DNA from: Actinomycetota bacterium
Lineage (GTDB): Bacteria; Actinomycetota; Actinomycetes; Propionibacteriales; Nocardioidaceae
Length of the DNA: 34,064 nt
Direction: 5' to 3'
Assembly: GCA_046732575.1 (NCBI GenBank)
Contig: JBKPNJ010000085.1
Coordinates: 1 to 34,064 of the forward strand
The translations under genes were made by a program, and so were the position numbers. Positions within the stretch are counted from its first letter, which is position 1; every line of letters starts with the position of its first letter. Below, one piece after another: positions 17,459 through 25,866 of the stretch. The notes under the pieces were generated by a model. That model had not been told where the DNA came from. It ran no database searches and worked only from the letters and a program-made list of their open reading frames with translations.

Positions 17459-19578
17459 CACGCCGGATCCGCATCGGCGTCGACACCGGGGGCACGTTCA
17501 CCGACGTGGTCGCCGTCGACGAGTCGACCGGACGGCTCGAAGCCACCAAGACACCGTCGACCCCTGCCGATCCGGCACAGGGCTTCATGACCGGGGTGCA
17601 CAAGGTCCTCGCCGCTCTGGATCTCGCCGGAGACTCGATCAGCGCGGTGAGCCACGGCACCACGGTCGCCACCAACAAGCTGCTCGAAGGCAAGGTGGAG
17701 AACCTGGGTTTCATCACCACCGAGGGCTACGGCCACATCCTGGAGATCGCCCGGCAGTCGGTTCCAGACGGCTACGGCAACTCGTACTTCTGGGTCAAGC
17801 CGCCGCGGATAGTGCCGGCGGACCGGGTCAAGACCGTCCCGGGACGGCTGCTGGTCGATGGCAGCGAGCTGCGTCCGTTCGACGAGGACGCGGCGATCGA
17901 GGTCGCCCGCTGGTTCGCCGACCGGGGTACCACGGCGATCGGCGTCTGCTTCCTGCACTCCTACGCCAACCCGGCCCACGAGCTGGCGATGCTGGACGTG
18001 CTGACCCGAGAGCACCCACAGGCCGTCGTCTCGATCTCCTCACACGTGCTGCGCGAGTACCGCGAGTACGAGCGCAGCGTCACCACGCTGGTGGACGCAG
18101 CGGTGAAGCCCGACATCCGGCGCTACGTGGCGAACATCACCGCACACCTGAGCGCATTCACCGGCATTGGCACCTCCGCCGGCTCAGCCCCGACCCGCCC
18201 CGTCCCGTTCTACGTGATGAAGTCGAATGGCGGCGTGCTCTCGGCGGAGGAGGTCGTGAACCAGCCGATCACGACAGTGCTGTCGGGGCCCGCCGCCGGA
18301 GCGCTCGGTGCCTCCGTCGTCGCCGAACGGGCTGGCCTGCGGGAGGTGGTCACCTGTGACGGAGGTGGCACGTCGACCGACGTCACAGTCGTCCTGGATG
18401 GGCAACCGGCGCTGACGACCGAGGGCTCGGTCGGCGCGTATCCATCCAAGATCCCGATGATCGACGTGGTGACGGTCGGCGCCGGCGGCGGGTCGATCGC
18501 TTGGGTGAGCCCGGAGGGCACGCTCAAGGTGGGGCCGCGCTCGGCCGGCGCCGACCCCGGCCCGATGTGCTACGGCCGCGGCGGCTCCGAGCCCACGGTC
18601 ACCGACGCCCACCTGCTGCTCGGCCGGATCCCACCACGCCTGCTGGGCGGGGAAGTGCCACTGGCTGTCGAGGAGGCACGCCCTGGAATGGATGCGCTGG
18701 CCGGCAAGCTGGCCATGACCCCGGAGTCGTGTGCGGCCGGCATCCTGGAGATCTCGGCGTGGAACCAGGCCAACGCGATTCGCCAGGTCACCGTCAAGCG
18801 AGGATTGGACATCCGAGACTTCCACCTGGTGACGTTCGGCGGCTCCGGCTCGCTGCTGGCCTGCCGGCTGGTCGACGTCCTGGAGCTCGGGGGGGTGCTC
18901 GTTCCGCTCGACCCCGGCAGTCTGTCGGCGTACGGCCTGCTGACGGTCGACGTCCGAAACGACTACGTCCAGACCGCGGTCGAGCGGCAGTCGAGGCTGT
19001 CGGTCACTGCGGTCCGCTCGATCTTCGACGACCTGCGGTCGCAGGCCGACGCGGCGCTGGCTCGCGAGGGCTTCGGCGCGCAGGCGCGGCGGTTCGTGCG
19101 GACCGCCGATCTGCGCTACTACGGACAGGCGTTCGAGGTACGGGTCGAAGTTCCCGACGGGCCGGTGACCCCCGACCTGCTCGCGGTGGTTGCCGCCGCG
19201 TTCCACGAGGAGCACAGCGCGCTGTACGGATACGACTTCCGCGACGACCGCCGACAGGAGGTCGAGTGGGTCAACCTACGGGTCACCGGTGTGGGCCCGA
19301 TCCGCAAGCCCGGAACAAGGAGCGTCGAGGCGGGCCGCGGGGCGGACTCGGCGCGCACCGGAACGCGCCCGGTGCTCTTCGACGAATGGATGGACAGCGC
19401 GGTCTACGACCGGCTCGGGCTCGGCGCGGGCGACGTTGTCGACGGCCCGGCGGTGCTCGAGGAGTTCAGCTCCACCGTCCCGGTGCATCCCGGGTTCCGA
19501 GCCACAGTCGACGGTGCGGGAAACCTCCTCATCGCGCGGGCGGCGGCAGAGGCGACCAGCGGTCGGACCGGCTCGTGA
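17455..19578 (+). CDS. hyuA: Hydantoinase/oxoprolinase family, A subunit (ATP-binding)
   Basis: IGVDTGGTFTDVVAVD N-terminus, followed by Hydantoinase_A-type regions (GGGTSTDV, VGAGGGSIAW). GTG 17455 overlaps the CN-hydrolase stop (GTGA). Confidence 0.88.
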   Translation: MTRRIRIGVDTGGTFTDVVAVDESTGRLEATKTPSTPADPAQGFMTGVHKVLAALDLAGDSISAVSHGTTVATNKLLEGKVENLGFITTEGYGHILEIARQSVPDGYGNSYFWVKPPRIVPADRVKTVPGRLLVDGSELRPFDEDAAIEVARWFADRGTTAIGVCFLHSYANPAHELAMLDVLTREHPQAVVSISSHVLREYREYERSVTTLVDAAVKPDIRRYVANITAHLSAFTGIGTSAGSAPTRPVPFYVMKSNGGVLSAEEVVNQPITTVLSGPAAGALGASVVAERAGLREVVTCDGGGTSTDVTVVLDGQPALTTEGSVGAYPSKIPMIDVVTVGAGGGSIAWVSPEGTLKVGPRSAGADPGPMCYGRGGSEPTVTDAHLLLGRIPPRLLGGEVPLAVEEARPGMDALAGKLAMTPESCAAGILEISAWNQANAIRQVTVKRGLDIRDFHLVTFGGSGSLLACRLVDVLELGGVLVPLDPGSLSAYGLLTVDVRNDYVQTAVERQSRLSVTAVRSIFDDLRSQADAALAREGFGAQARRFVRTADLRYYGQAFEVRVEVPDGPVTPDLLAVVAAAFHEEHSALYGYDFRDDRRQEVEWVNLRVTGVGPIRKPGTRSVEAGRGADSARTGTRPVLFDEWMDSAVYDRLGLGAGDVVDGPAVLEEFSSTVPVHPGFRATVDGAGNLLIARAAAEATSGRTGS

Positions 19579-21458
19579 GCGGCCACCGGCTCACCGGCGC
19601 GGGCCAGGTCGACCCGGTACTCGTCGAGATCGTCGAGGGATACCTCGCCGCTGTCGAGCAGGAGGTGGAGAGCGCGATCGGGCGCACCAGCCGGTCACCG
19701 ATGATCCGGGACGCCCACGACTACCGGGCCGGCATCCACGACCGCCACCTGCGCAAGCTCACCGGCCGGTCGTACTCCGCGCTGGTGCACCCGGTCGCGC
19801 GTGACTACCCACTGGACACCATGCGACCCGGCGACGTGTTCTTCCACAACGACGTCTACCTGTCCGAGGGGGGAATCGGCCACCTGCCCGACCTGTGCGT
19901 GACCGCACCGGTCTTCCACGACAGCGGCGGCGGCCCGGAGGTGGTGGGCTTCGTCCAGGCGTTCGGGCACCACGACGACATCGGTGGCGCGGTGCCGGGA
20001 TCGATGCCGAGCCAGGCAACCAGCGTGTTCGAGGAGGGCCTGATGGTTCCCCCGATCAAGCTCTGGGACGCGGGAGTGCCGTGCGAGCAGGCATTGAAGA
20101 TCATGACCCGCAACTCGCGGATGCCTGAGTCGCTGGCGGCAGACCTCGACGCGGAGTGCTCAGCCTGCCTGCTGGGCGGGCATCGGCTGGCCGCATTGTT
20201 CACCCGGTACGGCAAGGCCACCGTCGAGGCATGCTTCGACGCCGTCCTGGACAAGACCACGGAGACGTTCCGGCGGGAGGTGCTGGCCAAGATCCCCGCC
20301 GGCAGATACACCTGGGAGGACTACGCCGAGCATGACGGGGTCGATGCGCCGCGGCTGCATACGCAACGCATCACGCTCACCAAGATCGACGATGACGGCG
20401 GTAGCCTCGTGCTCGACTTCGACGGTACCGGTCCGCAGGCCAGGGGCCCGATCAACCACTGCGGAGACTACGCCGACGGCAACTTCCTGAAGAAGTGGCT
20501 GGCGCCGATCCTTCGCAACCTGGCCGACTCGCCGGAGCGGATGGCCGAGCTCGACGTCAACGAGGGCGTCGTGCCGCTGATCGAGATGCGCTTCCCGCCG
20601 AAAGGAACGCTGCTCACCCCACGGTTCCCGGCTCCGACCAACGCCCGCACGTTCGTCATTCTCCGCCTGCTCGGTGTGCTCGCCGGGGTGCTCGCCAAGG
20701 CCGTCGACGGCCGGATGCCGGCCGACCAGGAGACGATCCGCTACACAGGTGTCTACGGCGACGACCTCGACGGGAAGCCGTACCTGATGCGCGAGGTGCT
20801 CGGGGGCGGCTCCGGCGGCCGGTACTACGCCGACGGAGAGGACACCATCCACGTAGTGCCGGACTCGCGAAACCTGCCGACTGAGTTCTCCGAAGCCAGG
20901 TTCCCGTTCATCGTCGAGCGGCTGGGCCTGGCCTGCGACAGCGGCGGCGCGGGGCGTTTCCGGGGTGGGCTGGGGTACGAGAAGCACATCAGGATGCGCA
21001 GGGACGCCCACTTCATGTCGATCGCCGACCGGTCGATCCTGGCCTGCTGGGGTGTCAACGGCGGAAGGGCCGGTCGCCCCTTCCAGGTGGTTATCGACCC
21101 CGACGGACCCGATGAGCGCCGCGTCGACGCGTTGGCCGATGCCGAGCCGGTCAAGGCCGGCGAAGTGATCCGGATCCGCACCACCGGTGGAGGCGGATGG
21201 GGCGACCCGCTCGAGCGCCCGTACGACGATGTGCTCCGCGATGTCTGCTGGGGGAAGGTGTCGGTCGAGGGCGCGCGATCCGACTACGGCGTCGAGCTGT
21301 CGATGGCCGGCGGGGAGCCGGTGCTGGACGTATCCGCCAGCGAACAGCGGCGTGCCCGGCTGCGCGCCGAGCGCGACGACGAACCGTTCTTCGACCGCGG
21401 CCCCGGATACGCAAGTCTCTCGGGCGGCCGGCGGGCTGCCGAATGCGACTGGCGGTGA
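19575..21458 (+). CDS. hyuB: Hydantoinase/oxoprolinase family, B subunit
   Basis: DPVLVEIVEGYLAAVEQEV...SPMIRDAHDY...HNDVYLSEGGIGHLPD...GGGGWGDPLERP are typical of HyuB/oxoprolinase C-terminal halves. GTG 19575 overlaps the hyuA stop. Confidence 0.88.
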   Translation: MSGHRLTGAGQVDPVLVEIVEGYLAAVEQEVESAIGRTSRSPMIRDAHDYRAGIHDRHLRKLTGRSYSALVHPVARDYPLDTMRPGDVFFHNDVYLSEGGIGHLPDLCVTAPVFHDSGGGPEVVGFVQAFGHHDDIGGAVPGSMPSQATSVFEEGLMVPPIKLWDAGVPCEQALKIMTRNSRMPESLAADLDAECSACLLGGHRLAALFTRYGKATVEACFDAVLDKTTETFRREVLAKIPAGRYTWEDYAEHDGVDAPRLHTQRITLTKIDDDGGSLVLDFDGTGPQARGPINHCGDYADGNFLKKWLAPILRNLADSPERMAELDVNEGVVPLIEMRFPPKGTLLTPRFPAPTNARTFVILRLLGVLAGVLAKAVDGRMPADQETIRYTGVYGDDLDGKPYLMREVLGGGSGGRYYADGEDTIHVVPDSRNLPTEFSEARFPFIVERLGLACDSGGAGRFRGGLGYEKHIRMRRDAHFMSIADRSILACWGVNGGRAGRPFQVVIDPDGPDERRVDALADAEPVKAGEVIRIRTTGGGGWGDPLERPYDDVLRDVCWGKVSVEGARSDYGVELSMAGGEPVLDVSASEQRRARLRAERDDEPFFDRGPGYASLSGGRRAAECDWR

Positions 21459-22054
21459 GCCGCGCCGAGGAGACGACCGGCGAGCCGCTGGCCCGTCCGT
21501 CCGCCGAGCAGCTCCAGGGGTCCCCCAGCGAGCTGGTGGCCGCGCTGTCGGCCCGCTGGGGCACCGACCGCGTCGCCGAGTACTGCGCCGGGCTGCTGCA
21601 GGGTGACGACCCGCTCGGCTGTCCCGAAGCACTGCTGTTCATCGGCGGGCGTGGGGCGGCCGGTCTCACCCGGCTGGGCGACGGGCGAGCGGCGCTGCGT
21701 TACTGGCCGAGGGTCTGGGCGGCACGGGCGTTGCGGTATGCGTGGTCACAGACCGCGGTCCCCGCGGTGGTGGCCGCGCTGGACGACGAGTCCTGGAGAG
21801 TGGCCGAGCAGGCGATGAAGGTGATGGCGAGGTACGAGGTGAGCGAGGGCGTGGAGGCAGCGCTGCGCTGGGTCGACGACGAGCTGCCGAGGGTGCGAGC
21901 GACGACACTGCGGCTGCTCGGAGCGGTTGGTGAGTCCGAGCACGTCCGGTACGTCCTGGATGCCCGGCACGACCCGCACCCGGGGGTGCGCAGCTCGGCC
22001 TCGAACGCGCTGTCGCGGCTCGAACGCCGGCTCGACAGGGAGCTGCCGCGATGA
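21455..22054 (+). CDS. HEAT-repeat (PBS-lyase-type) protein of unknown function
   Basis: Repeated helical units each end in an Asp-x-x-x-x-Val-Arg pattern: DDESWRVAEQAMKVM, DDELPRVRATTLRLLG, DPHPGVRSSASNALSRL. The start is GTG 21455 (GTGA overlap with hyuB) or ATG 21443. Its stop overlaps the carbamate kinase ATG. Confidence 0.6.
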   Translation: MSRAEETTGEPLARPSAEQLQGSPSELVAALSARWGTDRVAEYCAGLLQGDDPLGCPEALLFIGGRGAAGLTRLGDGRAALRYWPRVWAARALRYAWSQTAVPAVVAALDDESWRVAEQAMKVMARYEVSEGVEAALRWVDDELPRVRATTLRLLGAVGESEHVRYVLDARHDPHPGVRSSASNALSRLERRLDRELPR

Positions 22055-23013
22055 AGGTCCTCATCGCACTCGGCGGCAACGCGATGACGGGACCGGACGG
22101 CGACGCCCGGCCGCAGGCGCAGATCGCGGCGGCGGAGCGGGCGATGGCCAGGGTCGCGGAGCTGGTCGCCGCCGGGGCGGATGTGGTGATCACCCACGGC
22201 AACGGACCGCAGGTCGGGAACCTGCTGGTGAAGAACGAGATCGCTGCCGGAGTCGTCCCGCCGGTGCCCCTTGACTGGTGCGGGGCGCAGACCCAGGCAA
22301 CGCTCGGATTCATCCTCCTCGACGCACTGGACCAGGCTCTCCGCCGGGTGGGCGTGCATCGGCAGTCCGCGGCGGTGGTGACGCGCACCCTGGTGGATCG
22401 CGACGACCCCGGGTTCTCGAATCCCAGCAAGCCGATCGGACGCTTCCTTCCCGCGCCGGAGGCAGCGACCCTCATCGAGCATGGGCAGACGTGGCAGGAC
22501 CGCGGCGCCCGGGGATGGCGCCGGGTGGTGCCGTCCCCCGAGCCGTTGGAGATCCTCGACGCGGATGCAGTGCTCCGGCTGGTGGAGGCCGGGTTCGTGG
22601 TCGTCGCCAACGGTGGCGGGGGGATCCCCGTCGTACGCGAACCGGACGGCCGGCTCCGTGGCGTCGAGGCGGTGATCGACAAGGATCTCGGCGCGGCGCT
22701 GCTGGCCCGGACCGTGCGGGCGGACGTCCTGGTCATCGCGACCGACGTGCAGAACGCCGTGGTCGGGTTCGGCACGCCGCAGGCGCGTCCCATCGGGCCC
22801 GTTGAGGTCACTGCGCTACGCCGACTCGCCGACGAAGGACACTTCGCCAGCGGCAGCATGGGACCGAAGGTGGAAGCGGTCTGCAGGTTCGTCGAGGACA
22901 GCATGGGGTACGCCGTGATCACCAGCCTCGACCTCATCGTCGACGCGGCGGCCGGTCGGTCCGGCACCGTCGTGCGACCGGACGCACCAGGAGAGCAGGG
23001 TTCAGATGCCTGA
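22051..23013 (+). CDS. arcC: Carbamate kinase
   Basis: [12 protein letters not shown]...[14 protein letters not shown]...GGGGIPV...VIDKDL...ATDV...GSMGPKVEA are canonical carbamate kinase motifs. Confidence 0.9.
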   Translation: MKVLIALGGNAMTGPDGDARPQAQIAAAERAMARVAELVAAGADVVITHGNGPQVGNLLVKNEIAAGVVPPVPLDWCGAQTQATLGFILLDALDQALRRVGVHRQSAAVVTRTLVDRDDPGFSNPSKPIGRFLPAPEAATLIEHGQTWQDRGARGWRRVVPSPEPLEILDADAVLRLVEAGFVVVANGGGGIPVVREPDGRLRGVEAVIDKDLGAALLARTVRADVLVIATDVQNAVVGFGTPQARPIGPVEVTALRRLADEGHFASGSMGPKVEAVCRFVEDSMGYAVITSLDLIVDAAAGRSGTVVRPDAPGEQGSDA

Positions 23014-24139
23014 CGCGACAGAGGTACGCAAGGTCCCGATCGGCCACGTGTCGGATGCCGGCGGGCTGTCGGACCTGATAGATGCCGGGATCATCGAGGC
23101 CGACCGGGTGGTGGCGGTGATCGGCAAGACCGAGGGCAACGGCGGAGTCAACGACTACACACGTATCATTGCCGACCGTGCCTTTCGCGAGGTGCTGGCC
23201 GACCGCGGAACTCGTAGCACCGATGAGGTCAGACAGGTGCCGATCGTGTGGTCGGGCGGGACCGACGGGGTGATCAGCCCGCACGCGACGATCTTCGCCA
23301 CCGTTGGCGACCGACAGGTACAGCCGACCGATGAGCCACGCCTGACGGTCGGCTTCGCGATGAGCGACGTCCTGCTCCCGGAGGAGATCGGGAGGACGCC
23401 GATGGTGACCAAGGTCGCGGCAGCGGTGACCGAGGCGATGCAGCGTGCCGGAATTGACGACCCGGCCGATGTGCACTACGTGCAGACCAAGACCCCGCTG
23501 CTGACCATCTCAACGATCCGGGATGCGAAGGCCCGCGGCAAGACTGTGTGGACCGAGCACACGCACGAGTCGATGGACCTCTCCAACGGCTGCACCGCGT
23601 TGGGGGTTGCCGTGGGACTCGGTGAGATCGGGATGCCGACCGACCAGCAGGTGATGAACGACCGCTCGGTGTACTCGACGGTGGCGTCCTGCTCCAGCGG
23701 TGTCGAGCTCGACCGGGCCCAGGTCGTGGTCGTCGGCAACGCGCGCGGCATCGGCGGGCGGTACGCGATCGGGCACTCTGTGATGCGGGACGCGCTCGAC
23801 CAGGACGGGATCTGGAGCGCGATCCGCGACGCCGGGCTCGACCTGCCGGATCGCCCGCGGCCGGACGACCTCGATGGCCGGCTGGTGAACGTCTTCCTCA
23901 AGTGCGAGGTCAGCCAGGACGGCCGGGTTCGCGGCCGTCGCAATGCGATGCTCGACGACTCCGACGTCCACTGGCATCGGCAGATCAAGAGCTGCGTCGG
24001 CGGCGTCGCTGCTGCCGTCACCGGCGATCCGGCTGTGTTCGTCTCGGTGTCGGCGGCGCACCAGGGACCCGATGGTGGTGGCCCGGTCGCGGCGATCGTC
24101 GATTTGGGCGAGAACCCCACCGGCTATCGGGGGGGATGA
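23006..24139 (+). CDS. Ring-opening amidohydrolase of the AtzD/TrzD cyanuric acid hydrolase / barbiturase family
   Basis: [42 protein letters not shown] and [12 protein letters not shown] correspond to the three pseudo-symmetric Ser/Lys repeats of this small family. An 8-nt overlap joins it to the carbamate kinase gene, and AGGAGAG lies upstream. Confidence 0.85.
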   Translation: MPDATEVRKVPIGHVSDAGGLSDLIDAGIIEADRVVAVIGKTEGNGGVNDYTRIIADRAFREVLADRGTRSTDEVRQVPIVWSGGTDGVISPHATIFATVGDRQVQPTDEPRLTVGFAMSDVLLPEEIGRTPMVTKVAAAVTEAMQRAGIDDPADVHYVQTKTPLLTISTIRDAKARGKTVWTEHTHESMDLSNGCTALGVAVGLGEIGMPTDQQVMNDRSVYSTVASCSSGVELDRAQVVVVGNARGIGGRYAIGHSVMRDALDQDGIWSAIRDAGLDLPDRPRPDDLDGRLVNVFLKCEVSQDGRVRGRRNAMLDDSDVHWHRQIKSCVGGVAAAVTGDPAVFVSVSAAHQGPDGGGPVAAIVDLGENPTGYRGG

Positions 24140-24771
24140 GGGACCGGCCCCGGCCAGCCTCCTCGGACCTGCCGCAGAAAGAGCCGCTGGGGCCAGTCGC
24201 CTGCGCTGGTGCTGTCGACGACGACGTCCGCGCGCTCCTGGGTGCGCTGTGCGGCGGCGAACTCGGCCTCGAGCAGCATCCAGCGTCTCCACTGCGATGC
24301 CAGCCCCTGCCCGTCGCGGGACAGCCCCCTCTCGAGCCGCTTGTGCTCGGCCGCCTCGACCCAGACCAGCAGCGAGATCGAGGACTCGTACCTCAGTGGT
24401 GCTGAGCCCACCCCCTCGAGCACGACGGCGGCGGCCGGCTCGACGTCGTGCCAGTCCGTGAACCGTGAGAGCTCCCAGTCGAAGCGCTGGTACCGGCCGG
24501 CCCGCCCGGCACGTAGCGGATCGAGGATCTGGGTGGCGACCCGGGTCGTGAGCTCGTCGTCGAGTCCGTTCCATCCCTGGTAGCAGTCATCCATGTGGAC
24601 GACGGGTACGTCCCAGCCGGGCTCCCTGGCCAGCTCCCGCCGGAGCGCCTGCGCCAGTGTCGTCTTTCCCGATCCGGCCGGTCCGTCGATGCAGACCAGT
24701 CGGGTGTCCCCGAGTCGCGGAGGGCACGCGGCGACCCGAGCGGCGAGCGTCTCGAGCGCGACGGTCGTCAC
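24124..24771 (-). CDS. P-loop NTPase (uridine-kinase/PRK-like fold), function unknown
   Basis: Walker [15 protein letters not shown], followed by VVHMDDCY. It converges on the barbiturase-family gene, with 16 nt of 3' overlap. Confidence 0.6.
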   Translation of the reverse strand: MTTVALETLAARVAACPPRLGDTRLVCIDGPAGSGKTTLAQALRRELAREPGWDVPVVHMDDCYQGWNGLDDELTTRVATQILDPLRAGRAGRYQRFDWELSRFTDWHDVEPAAAVVLEGVGSAPLRYESSISLLVWVEAAEHKRLERGLSRDGQGLASQWRRWMLLEAEFAAAQRTQERADVVVDSTSAGDWPQRLFLRQVRGGWPGPVPHPPR

Positions 24772-24787
24772 GCGGTCACGTCGGCGG

Positions 24788-25258
24788 CTAGTTGATGCCC
24801 CGGTTCTTCAGGATCTGCTCGATCTCGGCGAACTCGCTGTCCACCGAGGTCGCCGGCCGGCTGCGGGTACTCCCGACCGACTTGGGCGGGTTCGTGCCCG
24901 GTGCGGGCCGCGGGGTCTTGGCGGTCCCGGCGACGGAGGCGGAGGAGGCCTCGGGGCGTCGCCGGGAGAGTACTCCCGCCACGACGAGAAGGACGACGCC
25001 GACACCACCGAGAACGATCCCCAGCCACACGGTCGGGGAGAACACCAGGGCGACCGCCCAGTCGACCAGCGCCTCCGCGATTCGCCACAGCAGCTTCAGC
25101 ACGCCGGTGAGGTAGGCGGCGACCGGCATCAGCGACAGACCGAGGCCCCGCAGCCCGGCCGCGAGGTCGCGGCGCCTCCAGGCCAGCCAGCTCAGCGCGA
25201 CGCCTATGCCGGTCAGACCGAGCACGAGCGGGAGCCAGGCGATGTCGGAGTAATTCAC
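24788..25258 (-). CDS. Small integral membrane protein with a Pro/Ser-rich linker and a conserved acidic C-terminal tail
   Basis: Three or four hydrophobic helices, then SEFAEIEQILKNRGIN. Good GC3 codon bias. No recognisable catalytic motif. Confidence 0.55.
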   Translation of the reverse strand: MNYSDIAWLPLVLGLTGIGVALSWLAWRRRDLAAGLRGLGLSLMPVAAYLTGVLKLLWRIAEALVDWAVALVFSPTVWLGIVLGGVGVVLLVVAGVLSRRRPEASSASVAGTAKTPRPAPGTNPPKSVGSTRSRPATSVDSEFAEIEQILKNRGIN

Positions 25259-25374
25259 GCCTCAAGCGTCGCACATCCGCAGCGGAATTCACCTCCGGGA
25301 AGTCACCCATTTTCGTCCACTCCGGTTCAGGGTTCCACCGATCGCGCGTTCTCATCGCAGGCTAGGTTGGCACG

Positions 25375-25866
25375 GTGAAGGCCATCCCGGCTCCCGGCTT
25401 CGCCGGCGACTCAGGCGCGGCGGACCCGGCGGTGCTGGCGGCTCTGCGGGAGTACGCCGCCGGTGGGCTGACACCACAGGTGATCCAGGCGCTGCTGTCC
25501 GCGCGCCTGCTCGTCCCTGTTGTCGCCGTCGCGGGGGTGACGCCAGGGAGCGACAGCGGCTCGGAGATGGCGGCGGTGATGCTGCAGGGCGCGGACGGCC
25601 GCAGGGCGCAGCTTGCGTTCTCCAGCGTGAGCACCATGCGCAGCTGGGACCCGACCGCCCGACCGGTACCGCTGCCGGCGTGGCAGGTCGCCCGAGCGGC
25701 GCTCGAACAGGGCGCTGAGGCCCTGATGGTCGACCCATCGCAGAGCCGGGTCGTCCTCGGCGCCGACGTGCTGCGGCACGCCGCGGCAGGACATCAGCTG
25801 GTGCGCGACGGCGCCGGCTTCGCCTGGGCCATCCCCGTCCGGGCCGAGTACGCCGGCGATGAGTAG
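25375..25866 (+). CDS. SseB-family protein
   Basis: GDSGAADPAVLAAL...LLSARLLVPVV...AFSSVSTMRSWDP resembles actinobacterial SseB-like proteins found near infC. GTG start, possibly leaderless. Confidence 0.55.
   Translation: MKAIPAPGFAGDSGAADPAVLAALREYAAGGLTPQVIQALLSARLLVPVVAVAGVTPGSDSGSEMAAVMLQGADGRRAQLAFSSVSTMRSWDPTARPVPLPAWQVARAALEQGAEALMVDPSQSRVVLGADVLRHAAAGHQLVRDGAGFAWAIPVRAEYAGDE

Noticed and set aside
22051-23013. Carbamate kinase as part of an arginine deiminase pathway
   Set aside because: No arcA, arcB, arcD or arcR homologues are in the window. The gene overlaps the barbiturase-family gene instead.
23006-24139. The island as an s-triazine/cyanuric acid (AtzD) pathway
   Set aside because: This is not fully excluded, because AtzD and barbiturase cannot be separated by eye. 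However, no biuret hydrolase, AtzE/AtzG/AtzH or allophanate hydrolase is present. The uracil-type permease and the hydroxylase fit barbiturate formation better. I kept it as the alternative hypothesis to test.
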